A program made the translations under genes and the position numbers. A stretch of 40,000 nucleotides of DNA from a virus (Duplodnaviria; Caudoviricetes): positions 1 through 40,000 of IMG/VR virus record IMGVR_UViG_3300037962_000730; one strand, written 5' to 3'. The notes under the pieces are model-generated. The model ran no database searches and was not told where the DNA came from. It was given only the letters and a program-made list of their open reading frames with translations. The stretch's first letter is position 1; the number at the start of each line of letters is the position of its first letter. Shown here piece by piece: positions 6,941 through 16,026 of the stretch.

Positions 6941-9112
6941 TTAAAACGATGTTAACGAGGCGCTATTCTCGTCACTAACTTTCGTACCTGCTACTGCGTC
7001 GGCTGTTTTACTACCTGCTGCGGCTGATACTTTGGCTGCATTCATTAATATGTTATCTAATGCTGCTTGTTGCGTCTCAGGTAGTTTGTTTGCTGCGAGC
7101 AATAGGTTCTTACCTGCGCGTGTTGTCAGCATTGATTTTGCAAAAAATGACAAACCGCCCACGCGGATTGCAGTTGTCGGGTCGATTGCTGTTGCACCTG
7201 CCACAAGCCACGGTATAACTCTGTTGCCTGTTGGCGGATTCTCTTTGTACTGACCTGCTCGCTCGATATGACGCATGAGCTTAACAAGTCCGTCCATTTG
7301 TTTCTTGTCATCGCCTTTGAAGATATTACCGTAAGGCTCTGCCATGCGCTCAAACTCACCTGCAAACTTAGCAGGGCTAAAGTTACCTGTACTTTCATTT
7401 GTGGCCTTAGCGATAGCCTCATCTGCCATTTGATATCGTAGCGCTGCTTGGCCTTTTTGGTCTAAGGCTTGGTAAAAGTTATTAGCCCTATCGCCTTTAC
7501 CTGTTTTGACAAACGCATTGTATATCTCGTCAGGCTTGTTGTTTTTCATGGCATTAGCAATCGCCTTGTCGCTGCGTTTCATGGCATTTTTATAAAACTT
7601 GTCTGCACGTTGGTAGGCTTTTTTGATTGCTGCATTGCCTGAGTTTAGCGCAAAGTCTGCAATATCATCATCGACTGCCTGACGCACATCAGCAAACACT
7701 TTTGACGCTGCTTTGTTGCCATTAACCGGACTGCCATACTTATCAGCTAAGTCGCCTAATTGTGATCTCAATAAGCGCATATTGCCAAAGCTCTTTGATA
7801 TATCAGGGTCGTTGATACGCTCTGATATAGCGGCAAGCTCTCTTTGCAGCACGTCATCAGGTGCGAGTGAGTCAGCTTGCTTTTGCAGTGCGTCATCTAA
7901 TGCGGCCGTTGACTTAGTAGGCGTGACAATATCATTACCGCTTGCTGCCACGGCCTCATCAACCTTGTCATACAGCCTTGATGCAATCTTACTCTCACGA
8001 AAGGCGCGAACCTCTGCGCTTGCTTGCAGAACACGCCCTGTGTCGTCACCTGCTGTTTCTGCAATATTGAGCACGCGCGCGGCATTTCTATCACCTGCTG
8101 CGGCTGCGGCTCGAATACTCGGCATGGCCTTGTAATCTGTCTCTGATAGTGCTTGCTTGAGCTTGCTGCTTACCCCGCCTGTGGCCTTGACTGCTGCTAC
8201 GTTTTGAGCCTCACGAAATCCACCTGTGCCCAATACTGGAACTTGCTCAAGCGCTACCTCTGCGCGTTTGGTAAATGCACCTCGGTTAATGTCACCAACC
8301 GTGGTCGGTACATCAAACTGCTTGCCCAAGTCGTCAATCTCTTTGTGAGCAGGGGCAAGGTTGCCACGTTTAGCATTGACCGCCTTTGTTACGCCTTTAC
8401 CGATTGCACCAGCGACTTTCTCACCGACACCTTGACCGATTGCGCCACCTGCTGCGCCTACGCCCATGTTTAGCAATCTGTCATCTGTGTTCTCAGCGTA
8501 TTGAGCGGCGCCAACTGCTGCGCCTCTCACGCCTTGGTCAGCCATTCGAGCGCTTAGCGTAGTACCTCGACCTGCTGCATAGATAGGCAGTGTCGCTGCA
8601 ATCTCAGTACCACCGCGCACCCAATCGCCACCAGTACGACCTGCAACCGAACGCGCACCGTCAGTGGCTAAATTTGCTTGCTTATATTGCTTGTTATAGT
8701 TGGATGCTGCATTGGTATCAAGGTTAGTACCCAATACGCTATTGACCACACTATTTGCTTTATCACCAAACTGCTTGTTCATCTGCACGATGCCTGCACC
8801 TGCGTCAGCCAGCCCCATTGCTGCACTTGTGGCATACGAGCTTAGCTTATCGCCTATTGAGGCGTTTGAGTTGGACTGACCTGCAACACGGCTGCCTTTT
8901 GCTCGGCTTGGGTTCAGGTTAAACATACCCATGACATCTTCGAGTGGCGTTTGTGATCCTGCCTCTTGATACCTTTCAACGGCTGTTTGCAGGTTTTTAC
9001 CTACGTTGTCTTTTCGCTTGAGTAGTTTTATAGCAATCTGTTGGTCACCAAGCCCTGCCTTGCGATACTTATCTACAATCTTTTGCACCGCTGCTTTAGA
9101 TACGGCTGCCAT
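6941..9112 (-). CDS. Ejection / DNA transfer protein (P22 gp16 position)
   Basis: Large, Ala/Gly-rich and helical; last in the ejection cluster. Start ATG 9112 with AGGTGG SD. Confidence 0.7.
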   Translation of the reverse strand: MAAVSKAAVQKIVDKYRKAGLGDQQIAIKLLKRKDNVGKNLQTAVERYQEAGSQTPLEDVMGMFNLNPSRAKGSRVAGQSNSNASIGDKLSSYATSAAMGLADAGAGIVQMNKQFGDKANSVVNSVLGTNLDTNAASNYNKQYKQANLATDGARSVAGRTGGDWVRGGTEIAATLPIYAAGRGTTLSARMADQGVRGAAVGAAQYAENTDDRLLNMGVGAAGGAIGQGVGEKVAGAIGKGVTKAVNAKRGNLAPAHKEIDDLGKQFDVPTTVGDINRGAFTKRAEVALEQVPVLGTGGFREAQNVAAVKATGGVSSKLKQALSETDYKAMPSIRAAAAAGDRNAARVLNIAETAGDDTGRVLQASAEVRAFRESKIASRLYDKVDEAVAASGNDIVTPTKSTAALDDALQKQADSLAPDDVLQRELAAISERINDPDISKSFGNMRLLRSQLGDLADKYGSPVNGNKAASKVFADVRQAVDDDIADFALNSGNAAIKKAYQRADKFYKNAMKRSDKAIANAMKNNKPDEIYNAFVKTGKGDRANNFYQALDQKGQAALRYQMADEAIAKATNESTGNFSPAKFAGEFERMAEPYGNIFKGDDKKQMDGLVKLMRHIERAGQYKENPPTGNRVIPWLVAGATAIDPTTAIRVGGLSFFAKSMLTTRAGKNLLLAANKLPETQQAALDNILMNAAKVSAAAGSKTADAVAGTKVSDENSASLTSF

Positions 9113-9935
9113 AATTACCACCTATGATGTTTGGTTGTGCCTCAATGTCTGGTTGCGACGGCTCTTGTGTTTCAATGCTCTGCTTAAAGCTATTCCAATC
9201 GGTGCCAAGTGGCTGCATTACTTGAGTTGGTACTGGCGCACTGTCGCCCTCAATACTGCTTTTAAATGCAGTCCAGTCTGTGCCTAGTGGCTGCGGCTGC
9301 GGTACATCTTGCTCACCATCTATACTAGACTTAAAAGCCGCCCAGTCTGTACCTAGCGGTTTTGGCTGTGGTGCTGACTGACCGCCCTCTATTTTGTTTT
9401 TGAAAGCGTTCCAATCTGTGCCTAGTGGTTGGGGTAATTGCTCTTGTCGTGGTGCATTGCTGACACCTTTGCCGCCTAAGAACCTATTTACTGTCCGCCA
9501 AGACTTAGTAGGTTGGCTATAGCTAGCAGGGGCGGTTGGCAGTGACGCCCATGTTGCGCCTGACTTTCTCACTGCTGTCGTCATGTCACCTTTCAAGATA
9601 CTACCTAACGCGCCATTTTGAGCAAGCAAGGCAACCGCACCTAGGTCTTGGTTTTTGGGTCCAAAGTCACTTAAACCATACTGTTTAGCCAAGCCATCCC
9701 ATGTGCTTTTTAAAAACTGATAACGACCTGCTGCACTGGTCTTGTTTGTCTTGCCGTTCTGCTGCTTGAAAGTCTTTAGGTAGCGCGGATGGTCGTTAAG
9801 ACTGCCAAGACGACCACCACCAAACGCTGTATGGTAGCCGTTGCCCTCTGTGCCCTCGGTATGAGCAATCAAGTCAAGGAACTTTCGCACACGAGGGTTT
9901 TTTAAATACTTCTCTAATTGTGCTTTTGTTGCCAT
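9096..9935 (-). CDS. Virion-associated muramidase (lambda R-like) with C-terminal repeats
   Basis: FLDLIAHTEGT, TSAAGRYQFLKSTW, FGPKNQD and WASLP motifs. Four PLGTDW repeats. Confidence 0.85.
   Translation of the reverse strand: MATKAQLEKYLKNPRVRKFLDLIAHTEGTEGNGYHTAFGGGRLGSLNDHPRYLKTFKQQNGKTNKTSAAGRYQFLKSTWDGLAKQYGLSDFGPKNQDLGAVALLAQNGALGSILKGDMTTAVRKSGATWASLPTAPASYSQPTKSWRTVNRFLGGKGVSNAPRQEQLPQPLGTDWNAFKNKIEGGQSAPQPKPLGTDWAAFKSSIDGEQDVPQPQPLGTDWTAFKSSIEGDSAPVPTQVMQPLGTDWNSFKQSIETQEPSQPDIEAQPNIIGGNYGSRI
9168..9432 (-). repeat. Four repeats (Q/K)PLGTDWxxFKxxI(E/D) with Pro/Gln linkers
   Basis: Directly visible in the translation. Confidence 0.9.
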
Positions 9936-9944
9936 GACTCACCT

Positions 9945-11426
9945 CTATTTAATCAAATCACTTAAATCAACCGCGCTATTGCCACGACCGCCTGACACGG
10001 TAGGTGTTTGCTCACCATTGGCGCTTTCAAGTAGTGTCTGCGCGGCTAACTCACGGTTTCTCTTTTTCTGAGCTTTGACCGCCGCAGAGTCGCCCACCTG
10101 TGCAAAGTATTGCTTTCTAGCGTTATCAAACTCGCTTTCTGCAATCGCTGCACCTGACTCACGACGTAAGATTGCATTGATAAAGTCACGCTGCGCTTGT
10201 ATGTATTGCTGCTGCTCTGGTGAGTTGCCGCCCAATGCAGAGGGCAAGATATTTGCTGCGGTTTCACCTAAACTGCCTGACCTAGAGAGCAAAGAGCCTC
10301 TATCAACACCTTGTCGCTCTAATCTTGAGGCAATATTATTCGCCTCTTGCATTCTTGATCCGAATAAATAGTCTTTAGTCTGTGACTCAGTGCGCGGCTT
10401 CTTGCCTTTGTTGGTTGCTACAATTTGCTTACCATCTGGGCCTATAGCTGGATAGATTTCACCCTTTTTATTCACAAAGTAATACTTACCGCCCGCCTCT
10501 TTTAACTCGGCTTGGTTGTTTTTTACCGCCTCTCGCTGCTGCTCGTACTGTAGCTTTTGGCGCGCATCAGCGGAATTAACATCAATACCGTACTTTTTCA
10601 TTTCAGCCGTTAATTGTGCGTTGTAACGACTTGTATTGTTAGTCTCTATATTGTTGTCACGACTGGTCTGATTGGTTGTGATGTTGTTGTCGCGTGATGT
10701 TTGGTTTGTGGTTATATTGTTCTGACGGCTTGTCAGGTTGTCTAGCTGGTTGTTAGTAATAGACGTTTCATTATCAAGCACGTTATCAGGCGTAGGCGCT
10801 TTATCAACAATCCATTCAGCACCGCTCACTTCGCCTGTCACTGGGTCAATCTGATAATTGTAGATAGCATTGCCAGCATCGACTTCTTTACGCTGTGGAT
10901 TAAGCGCCTCACCGTAGTTCTCAAGATTAGCGCCTGACTCTTTAGGGCTTAGTACCGCGTATTGCATCATCAAGGCTCTACGCGCTGATTGTGGGTCTGT
11001 TAGCGACATTTCAGCCAACCAATCAGCATCTTTTGCTGCCGCTTCATCGCCTACGTTTCTATAACCTTCTGCCTGACTTCTAAACAAATCAGACGCCACT
11101 TGATTAGAACCGCTCTGCAATGCGGATATGCCACGGCTCATTGTTCCCAATAGCCCTTGCTGCTCTTTAGCCTCCATTTTGCCGATATAGTCTTGGGCGC
11201 CTTTGGTGTATTCTGGGAATTGAGCGACCATGCGCCGCACTTCCTTCATATTATCCCAATCAATCGTTTCAAACGCCTGCTGTGCTTGTATTTTACGTGC
11301 TTGCTCGGCTTGCTGTGCTTGTAGCGTGTCTTTGTTTTGGCGTAATTGCTGACCGTAACCGTATGCCTCAAGCACGCCGTCAAACGGACTACCCATACCT
11401 TGTAAATAACTTTGTGCGAGTTGCAT
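9945..11426 (-). CDS. Ejection / DNA transfer protein (P22 gp20 position)
   Basis: Gln/Ala-rich; follows the gp7-like gene. C-terminal QAQRDFINAILRRESGAAI segment is typical of such proteins. Confidence 0.7.
   Translation of the reverse strand: MQLAQSYLQGMGSPFDGVLEAYGYGQQLRQNKDTLQAQQAEQARKIQAQQAFETIDWDNMKEVRRMVAQFPEYTKGAQDYIGKMEAKEQQGLLGTMSRGISALQSGSNQVASDLFRSQAEGYRNVGDEAAAKDADWLAEMSLTDPQSARRALMMQYAVLSPKESGANLENYGEALNPQRKEVDAGNAIYNYQIDPVTGEVSGAEWIVDKAPTPDNVLDNETSITNNQLDNLTSRQNNITTNQTSRDNNITTNQTSRDNNIETNNTSRYNAQLTAEMKKYGIDVNSADARQKLQYEQQREAVKNNQAELKEAGGKYYFVNKKGEIYPAIGPDGKQIVATNKGKKPRTESQTKDYLFGSRMQEANNIASRLERQGVDRGSLLSRSGSLGETAANILPSALGGNSPEQQQYIQAQRDFINAILRRESGAAIAESEFDNARKQYFAQVGDSAAVKAQKKRNRELAAQTLLESANGEQTPTVSGGRGNSAVDLSDLIK
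10625..10785 (-). repeat. 11-aa Asn/Thr repeat (NNITTNQTSRD-like), ~5 copies
   Basis: DNETSIT NNQLDNLTSRQ NNITTNQTSRD NNITTNQTSRD NNIETNNTSRY. Confidence 0.85.
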
Positions 11427-12032
11427 TTAAAATCCTCCGAAACCTAATGCGCTTGCGCCTGCTTTAAGTCCAAAACCTAGCAAACCCTGATTGATTTGAC
11501 CTTTTGCCAGCTGATACCCTGCTTGCGCCTGTCCAATATCGCCATAGCCTTGTGCTATATTGTTACCAAACTGCAAACCTTGACCGCCAAGCCCTGCTGC
11601 TGCGCTCTGACCGTTACTAGCGACCCCACTCAAATTTTGTAGCTGCTGCTGTACGTTGTTGTAGAGCATATTAGACCGGTTATCAGCCAGTGCTTCTTGA
11701 GTGTTGCCGCCACGCAGACCACCTGTTGCTGCTGCATTTTGTAACAGTGCGTTCTCAGCCATTTGGTACTGTGATTTAAAGAATGGTGAGTTCTCGATGT
11801 TGGTTATGGCTGACTGTTGGCTATCAAAGCCATTTAACCCTAGCAAGTCATTCTGACCTTGCAAAGCCCCTGCGCCCTGGTCAACATACGGCTGCATGAG
11901 CTGCTGCATGATATCAAACTGACGGCGCTGTTCCTCCATGCCTTTTTCAGTCGCTTGCTGCTGCGCTTTGCTTGCACTTTTTGCGGCAGACTTGCCCGTT
12001 ATGCTGTCGAACGCATCTTTAACAAATCCCAT
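11427..12032 (-). CDS. Ejection protein, P22 gp7-like
   Basis: Gly/Gln/Ala-rich with QPYVDQG and NAAATGGLRGGNTQ motifs. Start ATG 12032 (GAGGT SD). Confidence 0.8.
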   Translation of the reverse strand: MGFVKDAFDSITGKSAAKSASKAQQQATEKGMEEQRRQFDIMQQLMQPYVDQGAGALQGQNDLLGLNGFDSQQSAITNIENSPFFKSQYQMAENALLQNAAATGGLRGGNTQEALADNRSNMLYNNVQQQLQNLSGVASNGQSAAAGLGGQGLQFGNNIAQGYGDIGQAQAGYQLAKGQINQGLLGFGLKAGASALGFGGF

Positions 12033-12033
12033 C

Positions 12034-12456
12034 TTACACCTCGCAAAAATAAAGCCGCTCAAGCGGCTCAAAGTTATTCTTTTCTAAAAACCCTTCGATG
12101 GGTGCGTTGTCACGGCTTGACACGTACCAGTAGTTAACACCAATATCAGACAAATACGCCTTTATACTGCTGATAAATTCTGAGCTATTACCGCGATGCT
12201 CAGGCTTAACCCACAGTACATCAGTGGACGCGTCAACAATCATGGGGTTACGCAGTGACGGACTGACAAACAATAGAGCAACTGCCTTTACCATATCGCC
12301 ATCAAACCACAGCATCGCACGCAGTACGCCCATGTCGTCAAGCTCGCAGTACCGCCGCACTGGTATATCAACTGGCTGCGGCTCAAGATGCAGCATTTCC
12401 ATCATCATTGATGTTATTTTGTGCTGATAGTCTGCGAATTTAACTTGTTTTATCAT
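12034..12456 (-). CDS. GNAT-like acetyltransferase-fold protein (P22 gp14 position)
   Basis: LWVKPEHRG motif and FLEKNNF. Confidence 0.65.
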   Translation of the reverse strand: MIKQVKFADYQHKITSMMMEMLHLEPQPVDIPVRRYCELDDMGVLRAMLWFDGDMVKAVALLFVSPSLRNPMIVDASTDVLWVKPEHRGNSSEFISSIKAYLSDIGVNYWYVSSRDNAPIEGFLEKNNFEPLERLYFCEV

Positions 12457-12781
12457 TGTTTTTATCTCTTTCTCGCAGCTCAACAAAGAAGTCTTGCATA
12501 ACACAAAGTAGGTGGTCTGGTTTATTGGATTGTCGTTCACGTTCTGCTTCTGCTAAATCACGATAGACGCGAAAAGCAAACGAACCACCTCCAAAGGGCG
12601 GCTCATACTCACCGCGCTCTAACCGCTCAACTCTTTCTTTGTCGTACTGGCGGTTTCTAGCGGCTATCTCTTTTCTTGTTTTGTACGACTGGTAATTGTC
12701 AAACGCAATAAAAAGCAATTGACCTGCAACAATGCCAACTGTCAAACCAGCCAATATCCAAAGAACCAACGTGTCATCCAT
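12440..12781 (-). CDS. Hypothetical protein with N-terminal TM anchor
   Basis: Hydrophobic residues 6-28 followed by a charged domain. Confidence 0.6.
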   Translation of the reverse strand: MDDTLVLWILAGLTVGIVAGQLLFIAFDNYQSYKTRKEIAARNRQYDKERVERLERGEYEPPFGGGSFAFRVYRDLAEAERERQSNKPDHLLCVMQDFFVELRERDKNNDKTS

Positions 12782-12786
12782 GATAA

Positions 12787-13083
12787 CTACTCCGTGATTT
12801 CAACCACTGTTAACAGCACGTTAGCACCTTCGCCCGTCATGGTTAATGGCTCGTCTTTGACAATCTGCTGATTAAATAGCGAGCTAATAACCTCGGTTGC
12901 ACCTGCTGTGATGGTCTTTTTGACCATCGTTTTGCCGTTGACTTCAATCGTTAAATTGATAGGCTCAGCGGTTGGATTGTGAATGGTTAACGCTCGAATT
13001 TGTGCGTCAGTCTTTGGCAGATAGACGGTGTTACTTTCGGCTGCCAAAGTGATATTTGCAGCCTGTTTGTTGATTAGTTTCAT
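12787..13083 (-). CDS. Small beta-rich virion protein (putative needle tip)
   Basis: Beta-strand pattern; follows the gp26-position gene. Confidence 0.45.
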   Translation of the reverse strand: MKLINKQAANITLAAESNTVYLPKTDAQIRALTIHNPTAEPINLTIEVNGKTMVKKTITAGATEVISSLFNQQIVKDEPLTMTGEGANVLLTVVEITE

Positions 13084-13090
13084 ATATCAC

Positions 13091-13462
13091 CTAAATTGGC
13101 ATGAGTTGAATGGGGCAGTCTTGATGGTTGCCGACTGGTTGTAACTGAGCGTCTTGACCGATTGATACATTGACCGCGCTCAATATGTCTATTTGCGTCT
13201 GTGGCACGCTCACAGCGTTTAATTGTGGCGCAAGGTCACTTAGTAGCTGCTGAGCGATTGCGGTTGACTGTGTGGCAATCTGTGCGGCTTGTTCTGCTTT
13301 ATCGACCGCACTGTTAATCTGGACAATAATATCCTCTAACTGCTGCGGTGTTCGTTCAGCCATGTTTTGACTGTTCTCTAATGCTGCGATTGCTTGCGGG
13401 TTGTTTTTGGTCATTTCCGCCAAGACATTACGAGGGATTTTATATACTTTATTAACCGCCAT
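13091..13462 (-). CDS. Tail needle/plug-like coiled-coil protein (gp26 position)
   Basis: Directly after the gp10-like gene; central Ala/Gln heptad segment. Confidence 0.5.
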   Translation of the reverse strand: MAVNKVYKIPRNVLAEMTKNNPQAIAALENSQNMAERTPQQLEDIIVQINSAVDKAEQAAQIATQSTAIAQQLLSDLAPQLNAVSVPQTQIDILSAVNVSIGQDAQLQPVGNHQDCPIQLMPI

Positions 13463-14867
13463 TACCAAAGCCCTCCACGTCCGCCTCAATCGCTGTGAAT
13501 GATGCTAGTGAGTCGTCACAGCCTCGGAATTTAAGACCTATCATCTGCCGAAACATACCGATAGTCCTTAGCCAGATAATGCGCTTATTGTACTGTCCGC
13601 GCATACCTTGCCGATGCAAACGCTCATTACTCCACGTCATGCCGTCTTTAGTCCAAGATAAGAACACTTTTGGATCAGCGATGGTATTCGTGCGGCCAGT
13701 CAAGCCGACAAGCTCAATAGACTTTATCTGTCCTGTCTGACCACCGTTGTATAAAAACGTTGTGTTAATCTGCCAAGCGACCGCCTCACCGTAGTGGCTT
13801 GATAGCTTGTTGGTTAGCACTCCAACATTGCTGTTAAATCTATCACCTACAATCCATTTGTTGTAGCACCATACGTGATTGATAGCACGATATGCGCCGT
13901 TGCCGTCTGTAGATGATGATAGCTCAAACCAAACTGGCTGCTGCATAACCTGACTTGCTGCAAAGTCGTAAACCATCGTTTTATCAGGCAGGTGCAGGTA
14001 TAGATGCTGATGCATGTCTTGTTCTTTGGCTTCAAGCACAATATTTGATAGCTGCGAGTCACTATAGCCCGAGATAATACGCTCAATCTCACGAGTAGCA
14101 ATCTTTGACAGACCGCCATTAGCACCAAGATAAACACTGCAAGGCTCATTCTTGCCGCTACCAACAAAAGCGAATGACTGAGCAAATAGGCACTTGCCAT
14201 GCGTACCAACAAGCCCCTTTGTCATCATTGCGCCATCGACACGGGCAAAGGCAAAGCCTGCGCTGCCTGTATTGCTAAACACTTCGATGGTATATCGGTT
14301 CAAGACAACAAGCTCGTTGCGGACTTTCATCAAGCCGATAATTGGATCAGGGTCTGCCTCGCTTGAGCCGTACTTTGTTGGGCTAACTTGCGTGGGGTCA
14401 TTCAATTCCGTTTGGATAACAAACTCACCATCGGTTGTGACAAAATAACCGTCAATCCATTCAACATCGACCACGGTGCCAAGATTGGCATTCGTTACCT
14501 GTGTCAGCTCACCATTTTGCAGATAGTAGAGATTGCCACCTGATGCAATGCCTAAGCGGTCAAACGAATACGCAAAGCTGCACTGCTCACCACTGGCGAT
14601 AGCGCCTATTGATGTGCAAACACCTTGCTCACTGACTTGCCACAGCATATTGCCAATGACGCGGTAGCAAACACCATTCCAGTTGATGCCGCCTCTGTCG
14701 ATACCACCTTTATCAGCACCGCAAAACAACTCAATGCCGTCAGCCTTTTTTAGATAACCGTTAGCGATACCGTTTTGCTTTGGCACTGGTACGAGATTGA
14801 GCGGGTATGATGTGCGATAGTCCGCCGTTACATCGGTATAAATACCGTTGATAATTGGGATCTGCAT
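13452..14867 (-). CDS. Packaged DNA stabilization protein / tail hub (P22 gp10-like)
   Basis: 471 aa with WIDGYFV, SSEADPDPIIG and TIEVFSNTG motifs; synteny. Confidence 0.9.
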   Translation of the reverse strand: MQIPIINGIYTDVTADYRTSYPLNLVPVPKQNGIANGYLKKADGIELFCGADKGGIDRGGINWNGVCYRVIGNMLWQVSEQGVCTSIGAIASGEQCSFAYSFDRLGIASGGNLYYLQNGELTQVTNANLGTVVDVEWIDGYFVTTDGEFVIQTELNDPTQVSPTKYGSSEADPDPIIGLMKVRNELVVLNRYTIEVFSNTGSAGFAFARVDGAMMTKGLVGTHGKCLFAQSFAFVGSGKNEPCSVYLGANGGLSKIATREIERIISGYSDSQLSNIVLEAKEQDMHQHLYLHLPDKTMVYDFAASQVMQQPVWFELSSSTDGNGAYRAINHVWCYNKWIVGDRFNSNVGVLTNKLSSHYGEAVAWQINTTFLYNGGQTGQIKSIELVGLTGRTNTIADPKVFLSWTKDGMTWSNERLHRQGMRGQYNKRIIWLRTIGMFRQMIGLKFRGCDDSLASFTAIEADVEGFGNGG

Positions 14868-14868
14868 A

Positions 14869-15282
14869 TCACCACCACCTTACTTTATTGCCTGTACCTA
14901 GCACCACGTTATCAGTCGAGTGTTCAATCTCAGGTATCTTTTGATAGCGCGTTAGCAATGCGTTGTATGCGTCGTCAGCCTGATTGAGCAACAAGACTGG
15001 CGGCTGTTTACCGTATAGACTACAAATGCGTAATGCGAGCTTGTGAGAGATGCCTGAGAGCGCATCACGCTTAATGCCTGCCAAATCACCAAGATAACTT
15101 TCGGTCACGTCCTCGGCGAAAAGATAGCCAAAGTCATAACTGCCAGTTTGTAGCTCTGCCATCATATCATCGAGTGTTTGTAGAATGTCTTGCTCGTCCT
15201 CTGGGCTGTCGTCAAGCATATACCCGCTCATAGACAGAAGCTTAAAAGAGCGGTCCACAATATCTCGTTTCGTGATGTTCAT
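14869..15282 (-). CDS. Head-tail adaptor (P22 gp4-like)
   Basis: ITKRDIV, LDDMMAE, LALRIC..YG and GTGN motifs; synteny. Confidence 0.85.
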   Translation of the reverse strand: MNITKRDIVDRSFKLLSMSGYMLDDSPEDEQDILQTLDDMMAELQTGSYDFGYLFAEDVTESYLGDLAGIKRDALSGISHKLALRICSLYGKQPPVLLLNQADDAYNALLTRYQKIPEIEHSTDNVVLGTGNKVRWW

Positions 15283-15285
15283 AAT

Positions 15286-15747
15286 TTACTCGCTGTCTTT
15301 GGCTTTCTGAATTAAATCATCAAGATTGTCACGCGACACATACTTGACACCACGTTTATCAAGTAGGGATTTCAGCTCGTCTTTTTCCATTTCATCGTAA
15401 GACACTTTGCCATCACCGTTTGTATCTTTGGTTTCTTCGTAGATTGCGAGTTTCTGCTCAAGCTCTGCAATCTCCGTCAATGCTTGCGATAGCTGTTCTT
15501 CAAGTTGTGCTGCAACGCTGTTGCCGCCAACCATTACTTTCATTGCTTTGTTTTCGGCTTGCAGCTTTTCGGCTTCTGCTTGCTCGATAACGTCTTGTGC
15601 TTTGTTTGACCAACCGTCTGCTTTGGCTTGCTCGACGGCATCTTTGTCGCTGGCGTCAATCGACTTGACACGCATTTTTGTGCCCCATACGTTTTCAATC
15701 GTACCGCCAGTAGCTGATAGTGGGGCGTAAATCATCATGTTTGACAT
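15286..15747 (-). CDS. Coiled-coil protein with EF-hand-like loop and C-terminal HeH/SAP-like motif
   Basis: DTNGDGKVSYDE followed by MEKDELKSLLDKRGVKY...DDLI. Confidence 0.6.
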   Translation of the reverse strand: MSNMMIYAPLSATGGTIENVWGTKMRVKSIDASDKDAVEQAKADGWSNKAQDVIEQAEAEKLQAENKAMKVMVGGNSVAAQLEEQLSQALTEIAELEQKLAIYEETKDTNGDGKVSYDEMEKDELKSLLDKRGVKYVSRDNLDDLIQKAKDSE

Positions 15748-15822
15748 TGCTTATCTCCGTTGGTTAAATCAATCGCAATATACGCCGCCCTAAGACAGCG
15801 CATATAACTATAAATCTATCGG

Positions 15823-16017
15823 TTAAGCGGGAATATCCAAGAACGCAAGCGGATTAGCCTTGCGATAAGTCACAACAGCATGACGCTTAGCCTGATAAGG
15901 TGTATCACCAACGCCCTCTGCTTTAACATCGGTATCAGATACCGTAAAGCTCGCGTGATAAAGACCAGTAACACCATCTTGCGTGATGACCGGTGCGCTA
16001 AAAGTTGGAACTGCCAT
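15823..16017 (-). CDS. Small protein after the coat gene (dsRBD-like pattern; possible decoration protein)
   Basis: GGAG SD; beta-beta-beta then GVGDTPYQAKRHAV helix. Confidence 0.55.
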   Translation of the reverse strand: MAVPTFSAPVITQDGVTGLYHASFTVSDTDVKAEGVGDTPYQAKRHAVVTYRKANPLAFLDIPA

Positions 16018-16026
16018 AATTTACTC

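Noticed and set aside
9168-9432. Spaced repeats as a CRISPR array or DGR
   Set aside because: The repeats are in-frame with synonymous variation; no cas or reverse transcriptase gene is in the window.
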